Shown here one piece after another: positions 62,721 through 64,000 of a stretch of 64,000 nucleotides of DNA. Numbering within the stretch: the stretch's first letter is position 1; each line of letters starts with the position of its first letter. The stretch covers positions 152,520,001 through 152,584,000 of the forward strand of contig OX597814.1 in assembly GCA_951406725.2 (NCBI GenBank), written 5' to 3'. The notes below the pieces were generated by a model. It saw nothing but the letters and a program-made list of their open reading frames with translations. It did not search any database and was not told where the DNA came from. Source of the DNA: Octopus vulgaris. Taxonomy: Eukaryota. The translations under genes and the position numbers were made by a program.

Positions 62721-63294
62721 CTGAAATTAAATTTTTTACAAATATTAAAAATTTAGAACATTTTCAAACAAATTGTTTTAATTACAAAAAAAAAAAAATA
62801 GATCACATTGAGTACTTATACTAATTGCATTCTAACTTCAGGTTCTGTTCATAAGAATATTGTAATGTTATTTTATAATACACTACTGCAAGGTCCAGTC
62901 CTTGTTGCAGTTAGGTGGCTTGAGTACCTCAGTGACTCTGAGAGCAATGCCAGTGGAGCACAAGCTCCCAGAAGGTCCTTCTATGTTGGACAAATGAAGG
63001 GCCAGAGGCCAGACTTATACAGACTGCCTCTCCCCAGAGATAAAAATGGGTTTGCAATGGGCCAACATTCCTACCTAAAAAAGCAAAGTTATAGAATCTT
63101 CGATGACAATACAAAAACCAACAAGACCTGAGAGATGAAGGCCTTCCCTCAGGAAAACACATGATGCGGTGAAGCTAAATCCCAAAGGAAACTGTAAAGA
63201 AGCAGAGATCCAATTGGAGAGAAGAAAAGACAGCCTAGAGTTGAGAACAAAGGAAAAAAGTCATCAATTTTGTTTTCAACTCATTTACAACTAT

Positions 63295-63603
63295 CATGCC
63301 GGTGAGAACCATCCAAATGTGGCCGTTGCTAGCGCCGCCCCGACTGGCCTCGTGCCAGTGGCACGTAAAAAGCACCATCCGATCGTGGCCGTTTGCCAGC
63401 CTCATCTGGCACTTGTGCCAGTGGCACGTAAAAAGCACCCACTACACTCATGGAGTGGTTGGTGTTAGTAAGGGCATCCAGCCATAGAAACATTGCCAGA
63501 TCAGACTGGGCCTGGTGCAGCTTTCTGCCTTCCCAGACCCCAGTTGAACCGTCCAACCCATGCTAGCATGGAAAGCGGACACTAAACGATGATGATGATG
63601 ATG
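63295..63603 (+). mobile_element. RTE LINE 3' UTR with two tandem units and a (GAT)n tail
   Basis: Near-identical to 53090-53333. Confidence 0.88.
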
Positions 63604-63624
63604 CTATGTCAAGATAAAGGCACA

Positions 63625-63785
63625 CACACACACACACACATGATGGGATTCTTTCAGTTTCTGTTTACCAAATCCACCCACAGCTGGTGGGTATAATAGA
63701 AGACAGTTGCCCAAAGAGCCACACAGTGGACTGAACTTGGAGCCTTGAGGTTAGGGAAAAAACTTCTTGACCACACAGCCACATG
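63625..63785 (-). mobile_element. SINE family A, diverged 5' half
   Basis: Similarity to the other copies. Confidence 0.65.
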
Positions 63786-64000
63786 TGCAATAAAATGTGT
63801 TCTACCAACATCTTGTTTCCTTTACTCCCTCATTCTGGTTTTTCTTGAGTCATTTCTCTCATCTGGTCTCCCTCTTAGTCATGTTGCTGTGAATAAATAA
63901 CAACAATGTAGAGTAGTGGGGACTCTATAGTCACGCAGGGTATAAGGCAACTTCAGCACCCCGTATACTCACTAAAGTGGTTGGCAAACCAGCAGAGAAA

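Overview
AT-rich, repeat-dense eukaryotic (metazoan) genomic DNA, most likely an octopus or other coleoid cephalopod judging by the SINE/LINE families (inference from recalled repeat families, not a database search). The whole window lies inside one minus-strand gene, DEPDC5 (GATOR1 subunit, Iml1 orthologue). I traced 22 GT-AG exons by hand from 62720 down to 31 that splice in one open frame. They run from the end of the SABA domain through SHEN and DEP into the C-terminal domain; the start and stop codons lie outside the window. There are also candidate alternative exons: a 21-nt microexon at 52684-52704 and a 111-nt cassette at 35573-35683. The introns hold RTE, CR1-group, R4/Dong, HERO and Penelope-like retroelements, mariner/Tc1, hAT, piggyBac-type MITEs, a Helitron-like end, three tRNA-SINE families and microsatellites. 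The most unusual signals are minimal hammerhead-ribozyme motifs and hammerhead-derived palindromes in the 26-kb intron, inverted RTE copies bracketing the cassette exon, and a PHD-type C4HC3 finger inside the RTE reverse transcriptase. There is no CRISPR array or prokaryotic system, and I cannot claim a wholly new system from sequence alone. Most ORFs in the supplied track are microsatellite or TE noise. Repeat boundaries are approximate unless a TIR or TSD is cited.
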